A DNA stretch of 64,000 nt. It comes from Oligoflexia bacterium. Its GTDB lineage: Bacteria > Bdellovibrionota > UBA1018 > CAIMNF01. Positions 40,648 through 50,473 of this stretch are shown here, piece after piece. The notes under the pieces are model-generated. The model was given only the letters and a program-made list of their open reading frames with translations, had not been told where the DNA came from and searched no databases. How positions within the stretch are numbered: the first letter of the stretch is position 1; every line of letters starts with the position of its first letter. The stretch lies in the NCBI GenBank assembly GCA_903831745.1, contig CAIKYX010000103.1, positions 2,668 to 66,667 of the forward strand, given 5' to 3'. Both the position numbers and the translations under genes were made by a program.

Positions 40648-41844
40648 ATGAAAGTACTGTTGCTTGAAAATATCCATCCTTTGGCCCGCGATCTCTTTAT
40701 TAAAGAAGGCTTTCAAGTCGATTCATTGAAAGGCGCCCTGACGGAAGATGAATTGATCCAAAAACTGCCGGGCTACGATGTCCTCGGAATCAGAAGCAAA
40801 ACCTACCTGACAGACAAGGTTTTTGAAGCGGCAAAAAGTGTTTCGACCGTGGGCTGTTTTTGCGTCGGCACCAATCAGGTCGATCTCGCCTCCGCCCGTA
40901 ATCACGGCGTGGTGGTCTTTAATGCCCCATTCAGCAACACCCGTTCAGTTGCCGAAATGGTCATCGCTGAAATCGTCATGCTTTCTCGAAAACTCGGATC
41001 ACGAAATAACGAAATGCACCAAGGCATCTGGAACAAGAGCTCGAATCAGTGCTTTGAGGTTCGCGGCAAGACACTCGGAATCGTCGGTTACGGCAACATC
41101 GGTGCCCAGGTTTCGATGCTGGCCGAAGCCTTCGGCATGCGCGTTGTGTTTTACGACATCATTTCGAAACTCCCTCTCGGAAATGCCAAGCCACTTTCGA
41201 CCCTCGAAGAACTGCTCAACCACGCAGACTTCGTCACCCTTCATGTTCCGGCGACCGACAACACGAACAAAATGATTGGAGAAACCGAGATCAAGCAAAT
41301 GAAGCCGAATTCCTACCTCATTAATGCCTCGCGCGGTGATGTGGTCGATATTCAAGCTCTCGATGCCGCCATTCGTTCAAAACACATCGCAGGCTGCGCT
41401 CTCGACGTGTTTCCGGAAGAGCCAGAAAACAATATCAAAGACTACCCTTCTCCGATGAGAAATCTCGAAAACGTCATTCTCACTCCGCACATTGGTGGCG
41501 CAACCGAAGAAGCTCAAGTCAATATCGGCCGCGAAGTTGCATCGACCCTGATTCGCTTCATGAAAACCGGTTCAACTTTGCGCGGAGTTAACTTTCCGCA
41601 AGTCGATGTTTCACTCGAGCGCGATTGCACTCGACTCAGCAACGTGCACAAAAACGTCAAGGGTGTACTCAAAGACATCAACCGGATTTTGTCCGAATAC
41701 GGCGCAAACATTCAAGGCCAAACGCTTCATACCGACCAAGAACTCGGTTATCTGATCGTCGATCTCAACCAACCGATTACCAATGAGCTGATCACTTCAA
41801 TTCAAGGACTCAAAGAAAGCGTCCGAACCCGCAGAGTTCGATGA
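40648..41844 (+). CDS. serA: D-3-phosphoglycerate dehydrogenase
   Basis: VGCFCVGTNQVDLASARNHGVVVFNAPFSNTRSVAEMV closely matches E. coli SerA as I recall it. NAD fold GIVGYGNIGAQV and a C-terminal ACT-like region. Confidence 0.9.
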   Translation: MKVLLLENIHPLARDLFIKEGFQVDSLKGALTEDELIQKLPGYDVLGIRSKTYLTDKVFEAAKSVSTVGCFCVGTNQVDLASARNHGVVVFNAPFSNTRSVAEMVIAEIVMLSRKLGSRNNEMHQGIWNKSSNQCFEVRGKTLGIVGYGNIGAQVSMLAEAFGMRVVFYDIISKLPLGNAKPLSTLEELLNHADFVTLHVPATDNTNKMIGETEIKQMKPNSYLINASRGDVVDIQALDAAIRSKHIAGCALDVFPEEPENNIKDYPSPMRNLENVILTPHIGGATEEAQVNIGREVASTLIRFMKTGSTLRGVNFPQVDVSLERDCTRLSNVHKNVKGVLKDINRILSEYGANIQGQTLHTDQELGYLIVDLNQPITNELITSIQGLKESVRTRRVR

Positions 41845-41863
41845 CACACAGGCGAAAAAGATA

Positions 41864-42652
41864 ATGCAAGCTTCCATCGCCACCACACAAAAGCGCTTTC
41901 AAGCCTGGCTGGTCGATCGCGTACCCGTTCGGGCCCACATGGGTTTAATGCTGTTTGCTACCGGCATTTCAGGCATGGCGATCGATGGCATCCTGAACCT
42001 CTACCAGGTCGAGTCCTTGAGCGTGCGGTATTTGTCCTCGATCAGTGGTTCGTATTTGATTTTTCTTTTTTTGGCCTGGATCTACGTACGAAGTTTTGTA
42101 CGAAGAAAATCGACCGCGCGGGATGAGCACGTTCACTCCGGCAACATTTCAACTTTTAACTCTTTTGGATCCGGCAACTCGGTCAGCAGCACTTCGAGCT
42201 CCACTTTTTCGGGAGGTGGTGGCAAATCGGGTGGCGGAGGAGCCAGCGGTTTCTGGGACAGCGACAGTTCGAGCGGAAGCTCCGGTTCAAGCGGAAGCTC
42301 AGGTGGAAGCTCCAAGGGTGGCGAAGGAATCATCATTATTCTGCTCGGGGCGGTCATCATTGCAGTTATCTTTGGCTCTGCAATTTTTTTGATGGTCGAA
42401 GCTCCGAAGATCATTTCCGAGAGCGTACTTCAAATGTTGCTTGCTGCCCGACTCAAATCAAAGATGGGTCAATTCAACGAAGCCTCGTGGTTTGGAACCA
42501 TTCTAAAATACACGATTCTGCCGTTCGCATTCGTGCTATCGCTGACTTACGCAGCCACCACCCTTTCGGCACGGGTTTATCCGAATGCTCATCACCTCAG
42601 CCAGGTCATTGAAGCCTACCAGCTTCAACAACAACAGCCTTCCGACCACTAA
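41864..42652 (+). CDS. membrane protein with Ser/Gly-rich loop
   Basis: 262 aa with several TM helices and an SG-rich central segment. No family recognised. Confidence 0.5.
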   Translation: MQASIATTQKRFQAWLVDRVPVRAHMGLMLFATGISGMAIDGILNLYQVESLSVRYLSSISGSYLIFLFLAWIYVRSFVRRKSTARDEHVHSGNISTFNSFGSGNSVSSTSSSTFSGGGGKSGGGGASGFWDSDSSSGSSGSSGSSGGSSKGGEGIIIILLGAVIIAVIFGSAIFLMVEAPKIISESVLQMLLAARLKSKMGQFNEASWFGTILKYTILPFAFVLSLTYAATTLSARVYPNAHHLSQVIEAYQLQQQQPSDH

Positions 42653-42658
42653 CCTTAT

Positions 42659-44467
42659 CTATTCATTCATCTTTTGTTCAAGCTCGGCCCAGCGCGAATA
42701 AAGAGTCTCAATTTCACTTTGAAGCACGCCCATTTCGCCCGTAATTTTCGTCAATTCTACCGAGTTGGTGAGAACTTCGGATTGGGTAGACCTCTGCTCG
42801 AGCACGCCGAGTTTCGCTTCTTTTTCAAAAAGCGTCGACTCCATCTTGTCGTATTCGAGTTGCTCTTTATAACTGAGCTTCTTTTTTTGCGGACGTGCCT
42901 TGCCCGTCGGGGTGTTCATCGAAGAACCACTCGACTTGTCCTTTTTCTTTAATTCTTCTTTGTACCATTTTTCCCACTGATCAATATCAGCAAACGGAAT
43001 CATTTGTGGAAGGGCAAGCATTTGATTGCACACTTCTCCTAAAAACGCCCGGTCGTGGGTGACGAGAATAACGGCGCCAGGAAAGTCACAGAGACAGTCT
43101 TCGAGAATGGCGAGCGTCTGCAAATCGAGATCATTCGTCGGCTCATCGAGAATCAAAAGATTGCAAGGCCTGAGCATCATGCGTGCGAGCAACAAACGAG
43201 CTTGCTCCCCACCCGACAATTTAGAAACGGATTGGTCAATTTGTCCGCCACTGAATAAAAACCGATCCAAGTAAGAACGCACATGAATCTTACGTCCTTG
43301 AAACTCAACGGTCTCGCCGTAAGGACAAACGGTGCGCATGACCGTAAGCGTAGGATCAAGCGTTTCGCGCGATTGCTCGAAATACGAAACTTCGAGACGA
43401 TCCGAACGTTCGACCTCACCCGATGACGGACTTTCTTCGCCGGTAATAATGCGAATCAGAGTCGATTTTCCAACTCCATTGGGGCCGATCAATCCGAGTC
43501 TGGTTTTAGGCGTAATCTTCAAATTGACGTTTTCAAACAATAGCTGGTCGCCATAACGCTTGCTCACCTTGTCTAAGGTGACCATTTTCTTTGGTCCTTG
43601 CTCCATGGCATCGAACTCGAGCTTTACCGACTGACGTTGGTTCTTCCAATTCAGGTCCTGAACTTCACTCTTCAAATCACCTGCACGATCAATACGTGCT
43701 TTTTGTTTGGTGGTTCGGGCTTTTGCGCCCCGAGCGAGCCACTCCATTTCACGACGAAGCACATTCGATAACGATGCTTCACGCGAAATCTGGGCCTCAA
43801 TAAAATTTTCCTTCACGATCAGAAACTCATCGAATCCGCCTTCGACACTGAGAATTCCACCGGGATTCCGGCGATCGACTTCGATCGTTCGTTTCGCCGT
43901 ACGCTGCAAGAACCTGCGATCATGGCTGATGATCACGATGCAAAGATTCGATTGCTGAACAAAGTTCTCGAGCCAGAAGATACTTTCGACATCGAGATGA
44001 TTGGTCGGCTCATCGAGCAACAGTACGTCCGGATGTTTGGCCAATTCGTGGGCAAGTGCCACCTTCTTTTGCCAACCGCCCGACAAATCAGAAACCTTGC
44101 GATCTTCGTAAGAAATTTCTTTGTTCTTTAGGCCCAGGCGCGACATCGCTTCTTCGGCAGCTCCGGCCGTAGCCCAATCATCACTGTCTTCGATGCCGGC
44201 GTAAACGGCTTCACGAACGGTAACGTTCGGATCAAACTTTGGCGATTGATCGAGATAGCCCACGCGCAAACCGCGTCCACGAGAAACGGTTCCAGAATCG
44301 GGCTCCATTTGTCCGGCAAGAATTTTGAGTAGGGTGGATTTACCTGCACCGTTATTTCCGATCAAAGCGATTTTTTCGCCTTCATTGATGCTAAAGGTAA
44401 GGCCTTCAAATAGAACGCGGTGAGTAAAAGAATGTTTTAACTCGTGAACACTTAAGAGAACTGACAT
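42659..44467 (-). CDS. ABC-F family ATPase (Uup-like)
   Basis: Two ABC cassettes (GNNGAGKST, GPNGVGKST, two LSGG signatures), no TM domain, and a C-terminal coiled coil. Confidence 0.9.
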   Translation of the reverse strand: MSVLLSVHELKHSFTHRVLFEGLTFSINEGEKIALIGNNGAGKSTLLKILAGQMEPDSGTVSRGRGLRVGYLDQSPKFDPNVTVREAVYAGIEDSDDWATAGAAEEAMSRLGLKNKEISYEDRKVSDLSGGWQKKVALAHELAKHPDVLLLDEPTNHLDVESIFWLENFVQQSNLCIVIISHDRRFLQRTAKRTIEVDRRNPGGILSVEGGFDEFLIVKENFIEAQISREASLSNVLRREMEWLARGAKARTTKQKARIDRAGDLKSEVQDLNWKNQRQSVKLEFDAMEQGPKKMVTLDKVSKRYGDQLLFENVNLKITPKTRLGLIGPNGVGKSTLIRIITGEESPSSGEVERSDRLEVSYFEQSRETLDPTLTVMRTVCPYGETVEFQGRKIHVRSYLDRFLFSGGQIDQSVSKLSGGEQARLLLARMMLRPCNLLILDEPTNDLDLQTLAILEDCLCDFPGAVILVTHDRAFLGEVCNQMLALPQMIPFADIDQWEKWYKEELKKKDKSSGSSMNTPTGKARPQKKKLSYKEQLEYDKMESTLFEKEAKLGVLEQRSTQSEVLTNSVELTKITGEMGVLQSEIETLYSRWAELEQKMNE

Positions 44468-44585
44468 TACAAGATCTTACCATTATGCGGCACATTATTC
44501 TTGTTAATCTAGGCAGGTTAATTGACTTCATTGACGCCCTTCAATAGGTTCGGAAAAACACCGCAATTTTGCGAGAGAGGCCCAC

Positions 44586-45083
44586 ATGAAATCAGCATTT
44601 ATTATTCTTCTGACAGCATTTTCTGCCAATTTTTCAGCAAGCGCATTCGCTGCACCCGCAGTAGGCGATAGTTCGACTTATAATGTCACTATCACCAAAG
44701 ACGGCGTTGCTAAGAACGTCTCCGACACCCAAGAAATTACCGCGATCGATCAGGACACCGGCGTGGTTACCGAAAAACAGACACTTGCAGTTGGCCCTAC
44801 TGTCATTTCGACTCAGTCCATGACCACCTCTCTCGACCAACTCAATCAATACGATATGATCGTGGATAATTGCGATGCGCTTTCGAAAGCCCCACCTGCA
44901 GGAACAACCGTTGCTTCTGAACAAATCACCGTAGCAGCAGGAACTTTCATGGCCTGTCACCTGACTACCGCTACTGAAGAAATTTATTTCGCACACGTTC
45001 CCAATGGAATTCTCAAACTCAATGGTAAAGCCGACGATGGCTCATTGATCGCGATGGAACTCGCTTCTTTCATCAAGAAGTAA
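44586..45083 (+). CDS. small secreted protein, paralogue of 46770..47273
   Basis: Signal peptide FSANFSASAFA. Shares the motifs AAGTFxxCH and DG/GD...E(L/V)xSF with the 46770 gene. Confidence 0.6.
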   Translation: MKSAFIILLTAFSANFSASAFAAPAVGDSSTYNVTITKDGVAKNVSDTQEITAIDQDTGVVTEKQTLAVGPTVISTQSMTTSLDQLNQYDMIVDNCDALSKAPPAGTTVASEQITVAAGTFMACHLTTATEEIYFAHVPNGILKLNGKADDGSLIAMELASFIKK

Positions 45084-45122
45084 GCAGCTCAAAGATTCAA
45101 CTTTGATTTGCACCTTTGTAGG

Positions 45123-45156
45123 TCCCCCTGGTTATAGAATCAGGGGGATTTTTTTT
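45123..45156 (+). terminator. intrinsic terminator
   Basis: TCCCCCTG-gttatagaat-CAGGGGGA followed by T8. The 3-prime arm and T-tract overlap the last codons of the convergent gene 45140..46234. Confidence 0.7.
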
Positions 45157-46234
45157 GCTCTTTTTGCGCATCGGCAGTCACCCGTTCGTGCAAATAAAGC
45201 AAATATCCGGCAGCCTCACCCACGTGCCACGGCCAGTTTCGATGGTGATTCGCGAGCAAATTCCGCTCCCACTCGTTCGCCAGGGATTCATCTCCAGCCT
45301 GCATCGCCGTATAAGCGAGCAAACTCCATGAGAAAAAGTCGACCGAAGCGTTCTTCCAACGCCGCTCCCAAACACTCTTAAAATCAGCCCATAACTTGGC
45401 TTTCCGCATAGCCGCTTGTGGAAGCTCGAAAACGATCGGCCAGACGAGCGCCGTTCCGTCGGGGTAAAACACATTTCGATCCGGAGCTGGACTACCATCA
45501 AATGGAAGATAAACACCGAGTGATGTCGACCAGAGCCGCACTTCAATTGCTTTTTCTAAATCTTTCGCGAGATTCTCCGCTTCAAATGCTTCTTTGATCT
45601 TTCCGAGTTCCTGAAGGGTAAGCGAAATGTCCTTGAGCCCACGCCAGACTTCGACGTTGTCCATCAAGTACGCCACTCGCGAATCTGGGCGCGAAAGCGC
45701 AAGTCCATGTTCGCCGATGGTTTTTTGCATGGCCTCAAGCACCAACAAAATCGAATCGAGCCTCGAATCGAGAAACGGTCGATCATGGGTGACTGAATAA
45801 TAACGCGAGACCAAACTCAGAAAAGTTCCGCCATAAGAATCAAAAGAGTCGCAGGTTCCGAGATTCATCTCGCGCCCGTCTTTGACCATAAAGTCATAGA
45901 TCGATCCAGGTACTCCCGAAAAACCAGGCATATTCAAATGATTGATATACCAGTCGATCCACTTACGTGCGACGTCACTGCTCTTCGGATCGGCCTTAAG
46001 TAGCGCCCACATCGCGAGATTCGAAAAATACGGATTGATCGCCGAGCGGTCGGTCGAAAGCAAAATGGCGCCACTCGGAAGCTGAAGGCTTTTGAGCCAG
46101 CTCACCTCGTGATCGATCTTGGACTGATTGCTTAAGTTTTGCTCCGAACGAACCGAAAGCTGCGAACACGCACCAATGCCTAAGCATAGGATCGGCATCA
46201 AAACACTGAGTAGAAGTAAACGAGGCATCAGCAT
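45140..46234 (-). CDS. lipoprotein, possibly an alpha/alpha-toroid (glycoside hydrolase/terpenoid-cyclase-like) fold
   Basis: Lipobox LGIGAC. Trp-rich helical repeats (WLKSLQLPSGAI, WALLKAD, WIDWYINH). The fold call is tentative. Confidence 0.45.
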   Translation of the reverse strand: MLMPRLLLLSVLMPILCLGIGACSQLSVRSEQNLSNQSKIDHEVSWLKSLQLPSGAILLSTDRSAINPYFSNLAMWALLKADPKSSDVARKWIDWYINHLNMPGFSGVPGSIYDFMVKDGREMNLGTCDSFDSYGGTFLSLVSRYYSVTHDRPFLDSRLDSILLVLEAMQKTIGEHGLALSRPDSRVAYLMDNVEVWRGLKDISLTLQELGKIKEAFEAENLAKDLEKAIEVRLWSTSLGVYLPFDGSPAPDRNVFYPDGTALVWPIVFELPQAAMRKAKLWADFKSVWERRWKNASVDFFSWSLLAYTAMQAGDESLANEWERNLLANHHRNWPWHVGEAAGYLLYLHERVTADAQKEQKKSP

Positions 46235-46256
46235 GCCTCTTTAGTTTACTGCGAGA

Positions 46257-46625
46257 TTACTTTTTAGGCTTATTAACTTCGGGCTGACTGTCGCAATTTT
46301 CGTTTTGCTGGGCTTCATACGGAATACAATCCGAGAATGCCATTACTTTAGAAAAATCACCGACTGTTCTTGCAGCCTGGCAGACCACCCAAGTCTTGTA
46401 GCTTGCCAAATAGCAATCTGGGCAAGGGCTATAGTTAATATTTCCGTAAGCAGCGACCAGCTGCGCTTCAGTCGCGTGCGAAAGTTTTAGCCAATAACAC
46501 GTTTTGGTAGCTCCATTGCCCGTTGGCTGAAACGATTCGACTTCGGCAATCGAATCTGCAAAAGATGCGGCAGAGAGTGAAAGAAGGCTGAATAAAACGA
46601 GGCTTAAAACTTTGAGTTTGATCAT
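46257..46625 (-). CDS. small secreted Cys-rich protein
   Basis: 122 aa with a signal peptide and 6 Cys. Lies 22 nt upstream of the lipoprotein gene on the same strand. Confidence 0.55.
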   Translation of the reverse strand: MIKLKVLSLVLFSLLSLSAASFADSIAEVESFQPTGNGATKTCYWLKLSHATEAQLVAAYGNINYSPCPDCYLASYKTWVVCQAARTVGDFSKVMAFSDCIPYEAQQNENCDSQPEVNKPKK

Positions 46626-46769
46626 AGGGCTCCTGAATTTCGATTATCCTAACATATAAAACCAAAATAGTCAACCACTTTAACGCACTCCACTAAATCC
46701 GTTGATCAAATGTCTCATGTTTGCTATGTACTACGCATATTCGGGGATGAAGACACAGGGAGAAGGATC

Positions 46770-47273
46770 ATGCATTTTTACGCTATTCTGGGGCTTTTTT
46801 TAATCGGCGCTCAAGCGTTTGCCATTCCGGGTAAGATTCAAAAGGGCGACCAGGTGACATTTACCATCGATACCAGGGTCGAAAGCCTAAACAACATTCT
46901 AAAAATTACTGAAATAGATCCGGTGAAGGATTCCGTTACCGGAGTTCTGTCCGAATCTTATCAAGGCATCGCTCCGGTTCCACCCTTTAAGGATGGCGAA
47001 ATTCCTCAGGCCTACTCCTACGCATTTTTAACGAACATGACCCACGCAGTAGAAGACTGTGTGACCACATTGAAAGGCTCAGTCGAAACCCTCACCAATG
47101 CAGCGGGAACTTTTGCAGTTTGCCACGTCAGTAAATTCATCGCCGAGATTCAAACGCAGAAGGAATCGTACTATGCAGACGAGATTCCTTATCTTGCGAT
47201 CAAAGAAATTCAGACCAAAAATGGGGATGCGACCGTGACTGAAGTTTCGAGTTTTGTGCCAGGGGCGCCTTAA
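46770..47273 (+). CDS. small secreted protein, paralogue of 44586..45083
   Basis: Start at ATG 46770 with GGGAGAAGGA upstream. Signal peptide ILGLFLIGAQAFA. Confidence 0.6.
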   Translation: MHFYAILGLFLIGAQAFAIPGKIQKGDQVTFTIDTRVESLNNILKITEIDPVKDSVTGVLSESYQGIAPVPPFKDGEIPQAYSYAFLTNMTHAVEDCVTTLKGSVETLTNAAGTFAVCHVSKFIAEIQTQKESYYADEIPYLAIKEIQTKNGDATVTEVSSFVPGAP

Positions 47274-47361
47274 TAGAAAGCCCGTTTAAGTTTAGAGTTT
47301 CCGTTTCAGTATAGTTTTAGACTTCAGTGGATCAACTGTACTGAACTGAAACTTCAAACCC

Positions 47362-47390
47362 AAACTCCAAGCTCAAACTGGAGTTTTATA
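47362..47390 (+). terminator. weak hairpin terminator
   Basis: AAACTCCA-9 nt-TGGAGTTT followed by TATA. Confidence 0.35.
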
Positions 47391-47404
47391 GCCTTATACA
47401 AAGG

Positions 47405-47447
47405 AAAAAGCTGCTGATACATAGTACCAGCAGCCCCTTTAATTTTT
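47405..47447. terminator. bidirectional intrinsic terminator between convergent genes
   Basis: GCTGCTGATAC-ata-GTACCAGCAGC is flanked by an A-run on the left and CCCTTTAATTTTT on the right. Confidence 0.65.
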
Positions 47448-47458
47448 ATAGATTCATT

Positions 47459-47485
47459 CCAGCTGCCTACATTGTGGCAGCCTCA
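47459..47485 (+). repeat. short form of an intergenic palindromic (REP-like) element
   Basis: CCAGCTGCCTACA-TTGTGGCAGCCTCA shares both flanks with the copies at 59713 and 52938 (reverse orientation) but lacks their inner hairpin. Confidence 0.6.
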
Positions 47486-47493
47486 TCACTTTC

Positions 47494-49953
47494 CTAATGT
47501 TTCACAGTAGTCGAACGTTTCTCGACTTTGGCTTTTTCGAGAATCGCGACCGGGATGTCGCCTACTCCGCCCGCTTTAGCCAGAAACTCTTCTGGTTTTT
47601 CGAGACTGAGCGCGAGACGAAGAACCTGGTCGACGTGATCGACAGGAATGATTTGAATTCCTTCTTTGATCTCCATCGGAATCTTCTTCAGATCGGCGAC
47701 GTTATCCTTAGGAATCAATACGGTCTTGATTCCAGCGATTTTTGCAGCCAGAAGTTTTTCCTTCAGACCACCAATCGCCAGCACTCGTCCACGAAGCGTT
47801 ACTTCACCGGTCATCGCCACATCCCGCTTTACCGGAATCTTGATCAATGCACTGGTAATAGCTGTTGTCATGGTCACACCGGCAGAAGGGCCGTCCTTAG
47901 GAACCGCACCTTCTGGTACGTGCAAGTGAATGTCGATGTTCTGATAGAAATCAGGGCTTAAGCCCAGAGCTTCTGCACGAGAGCGTACATACGACATTGC
48001 TGTCGAAGCAGACTCCTGCATCACTTCTCCGAGTTTACCCGTGATCTTGATCGCACCTTTACCTGGAACGACCGATACTTCGATTTGAAGCATCTCGCCG
48101 CCCATTTCGGTGTAAGCAAGACCGTTGGTCAAGCCGACTTCGTTATTATCTTCGAGTTTATTCTGAAGGTAACGTGGAGGCCCGAGCATTTCTTCGAGAT
48201 CATCCGGACGGACGCGAATCACGCCGATTTTCTCTGATTTCTTGCTCTTTGAAGTTTCCATGCGCGAGTCGACCAATTTCTTGGCAACCTTACGGCAAAG
48301 AGTGGCAATCAGGCGCTCGAGATTACGAACACCGGCTTCGCGAGTATAAAGACGGATCACTCCGCGCAAAGCCTCGTCATCTACCAGGATGTCGCCCTCT
48401 TTCAGCCCGTGCTGATCCATCTGTTTGGTCAGAAGGTATTTCTTCGCGATATTGAACTTCTCGATTTCGGTATAGCCCGAAATGGTGATCACTTCCATAC
48501 GATCGAGAAGTGGACGAGGTACGCCGCTTAGCGAGTTCGCAGTCAGTACGAACATCACTTTAGAGAGGTCGTAGTCGACTTCGAGATAGTGATCGCCGAA
48601 GTTATGGTTCTGCTCAGGATCGAGAACTTCGAGCAATGCCGAAGAAGGATCGCCGCGGAAATCCATGCTCATCTTGTCGACTTCGTCGAGAAGGAACACA
48701 GGATTCGAAGAGCCTGCTTTTTTCAGCGATTGAACGATTTTACCTGGAAGCGCGCCCACATAAGTGCGGCGGTGACCACGAATCTCGGCTTCATCTCGAA
48801 CTCCACCCATCGATGCACGAACAAATTTCTTGTTCAGCGCACGAGCGATCGATCGCGCCAGTGAGGTCTTACCCACACCCGGAGGCCCGAGAAAACAAAT
48901 GATCTGGCCTTTTGAATTTTCGGTCAGGGTACGAACCGCAAGGTACTCGAGCAAACGCTCTTTTACGTCTTCGAGACCGTAATGATCGTCATTCAGAATA
49001 TCTTCGGCCGCTTTGATATCACCACTGTCTTCGGTGTATTCACCCCAAGGAAGTGAAATCAACCAGTCGATATAGTTTCGAACGACGGTTGCCTCGGCAG
49101 ACATCGGCGACATCATCTTCAGCTTCTTCAGCTCTTTGGTCGCTTTTTCTTTGGCTTCTTTGCTCATGGCTTTGGTCTTGATCTGTTTTTCGATCGCCAT
49201 CAGCTCGGCTTTGAACTCGTCTTTTTCGCCGAGTTCTTTCTGAATCGCCTGCATTTGCTCGTTCAGATAGTATTCTTTTTGCGACTTCTCCATCTGCTTC
49301 TTCACGCGGGTACGAATTCTTCGCTCCACTTGAAGAATTTCGATTTCACCCTGCATGAGCTCAAGCAAACGCTCGAGGCGCTTGGTCGGATCGATGATTT
49401 CGAGCACACCCTGCTTGTCTTCGAAACGAAGATTCAGGTGAGCCACTACCACGTCGCCGAGACGAGAAGGATCTTCGATCCCGTTCACGCTCATCAGCAT
49501 TTCTGGAGGAATGCGTTTGTTCAATTTTACGTAATTTTCGAAAGTAGACTTAAGAGAGCGAACCAGGGCTTCGGTCTCGACATTCTTATCGGAGCCTTCT
49601 TGAATGACTTCGACATCCGCTTCGATCATGTGCTCACCATCGGTGAACTTCAGCATCTTCGCGCGGCGCTTTCCTTCGATCAGAACCTTCACTGTATTAT
49701 CAGGAAGACGCAGGATCTGAAGAATAGTTCCGAGTGTTCCGACCTGAAAGATATCCTTGTCAGTCGGGTTCACTGTTGTTGCTTGCTTCTGAGCGACGAG
49801 AAAGAGTTCTTTCTTTTTTTCGACACATTCTTCGAGCGCGTGAATTGATTTTTCACGGCCGACGAAGAGAGGTACCACCATGTGTGGAAATACGATCACT
49901 TCACGAAGGGGAAGAACCGGGACGGTTTGCTTTTCTGTTTTCGCTTTGCTCAT
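47494..49953 (-). CDS. lon: ATP-dependent Lon protease
   Basis: LON N-domain ([20 protein letters not shown]), Walker [14 protein letters not shown] and catalytic Ser [11 protein letters not shown]. Confidence 0.95.
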   Translation of the reverse strand: MSKAKTEKQTVPVLPLREVIVFPHMVVPLFVGREKSIHALEECVEKKKELFLVAQKQATTVNPTDKDIFQVGTLGTILQILRLPDNTVKVLIEGKRRAKMLKFTDGEHMIEADVEVIQEGSDKNVETEALVRSLKSTFENYVKLNKRIPPEMLMSVNGIEDPSRLGDVVVAHLNLRFEDKQGVLEIIDPTKRLERLLELMQGEIEILQVERRIRTRVKKQMEKSQKEYYLNEQMQAIQKELGEKDEFKAELMAIEKQIKTKAMSKEAKEKATKELKKLKMMSPMSAEATVVRNYIDWLISLPWGEYTEDSGDIKAAEDILNDDHYGLEDVKERLLEYLAVRTLTENSKGQIICFLGPPGVGKTSLARSIARALNKKFVRASMGGVRDEAEIRGHRRTYVGALPGKIVQSLKKAGSSNPVFLLDEVDKMSMDFRGDPSSALLEVLDPEQNHNFGDHYLEVDYDLSKVMFVLTANSLSGVPRPLLDRMEVITISGYTEIEKFNIAKKYLLTKQMDQHGLKEGDILVDDEALRGVIRLYTREAGVRNLERLIATLCRKVAKKLVDSRMETSKSKKSEKIGVIRVRPDDLEEMLGPPRYLQNKLEDNNEVGLTNGLAYTEMGGEMLQIEVSVVPGKGAIKITGKLGEVMQESASTAMSYVRSRAEALGLSPDFYQNIDIHLHVPEGAVPKDGPSAGVTMTTAITSALIKIPVKRDVAMTGEVTLRGRVLAIGGLKEKLLAAKIAGIKTVLIPKDNVADLKKIPMEIKEGIQIIPVDHVDQVLRLALSLEKPEEFLAKAGGVGDIPVAILEKAKVEKRSTTVKH

Positions 49954-50303
49954 TTCGAGTTCGATTAAGGACGGGGGTGTTTACGTGGAGAGGACCTGAC
50001 TGGCAGTTCCTAAAATAGAGCCCATCCTTAAGACTCCTTCCTATTCATAGTTCACCACAAATCGGGGTCGATAGGAAAGAAGATAGAAGAGAATCTTTAA
50101 TTTTTCACTGTCAGAAAACCTCCCTTTTAAACGAGAAGGCTAGAATGGCTCTGGTGACAAAATGGGTCGCCGAGCCAATCGTTTCAGGGATATCCCCTAA
50201 CTTCCATATAACTAAAGTGTTTTTGTGGATCTCCTCGATGGCATAGGGGTTGCTTTAGTCCCAGTCGAGAGTTTGGCAGTGAAAAAAAGGGAGTCATTTC
50301 ACC

Positions 50304-50414
50304 ATGAATATTTGCATTTCTATAGTTGCGTTTTTAGGAGTCATTCAGGTTGCGATCGTCGGGTTTTCCGACAGCAGAAAGAGACGAGCGGGACGCGCAA
50401 ATGATAATAATTAA
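50304..50414 (+). CDS. candidate 36-aa small hydrophobic peptide
   Basis: MNICISIVAFLGVIQVAIVGFSDSRKRRAGRANDNN: one TM-like segment plus a basic tail. AAGGGAG lies 10 nt upstream. It is below the ORF-track length cutoff and is speculative. Confidence 0.25.
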   Translation: MNICISIVAFLGVIQVAIVGFSDSRKRRAGRANDNN

Positions 50415-50473
50415 ACTTACAATAAATAATAAATAGCTCGCGCCGTGCTGAAATTCTGCTAGAGTCCGGGCCC

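Noticed and set aside
50059-50092. A sigma-32-type heat-shock promoter for lon (minus strand, CCCCGATTT as the -10).
   Set aside because: Only the -10 resembles the consensus and the -35 match is poor. This is too weak to call without TSS data.
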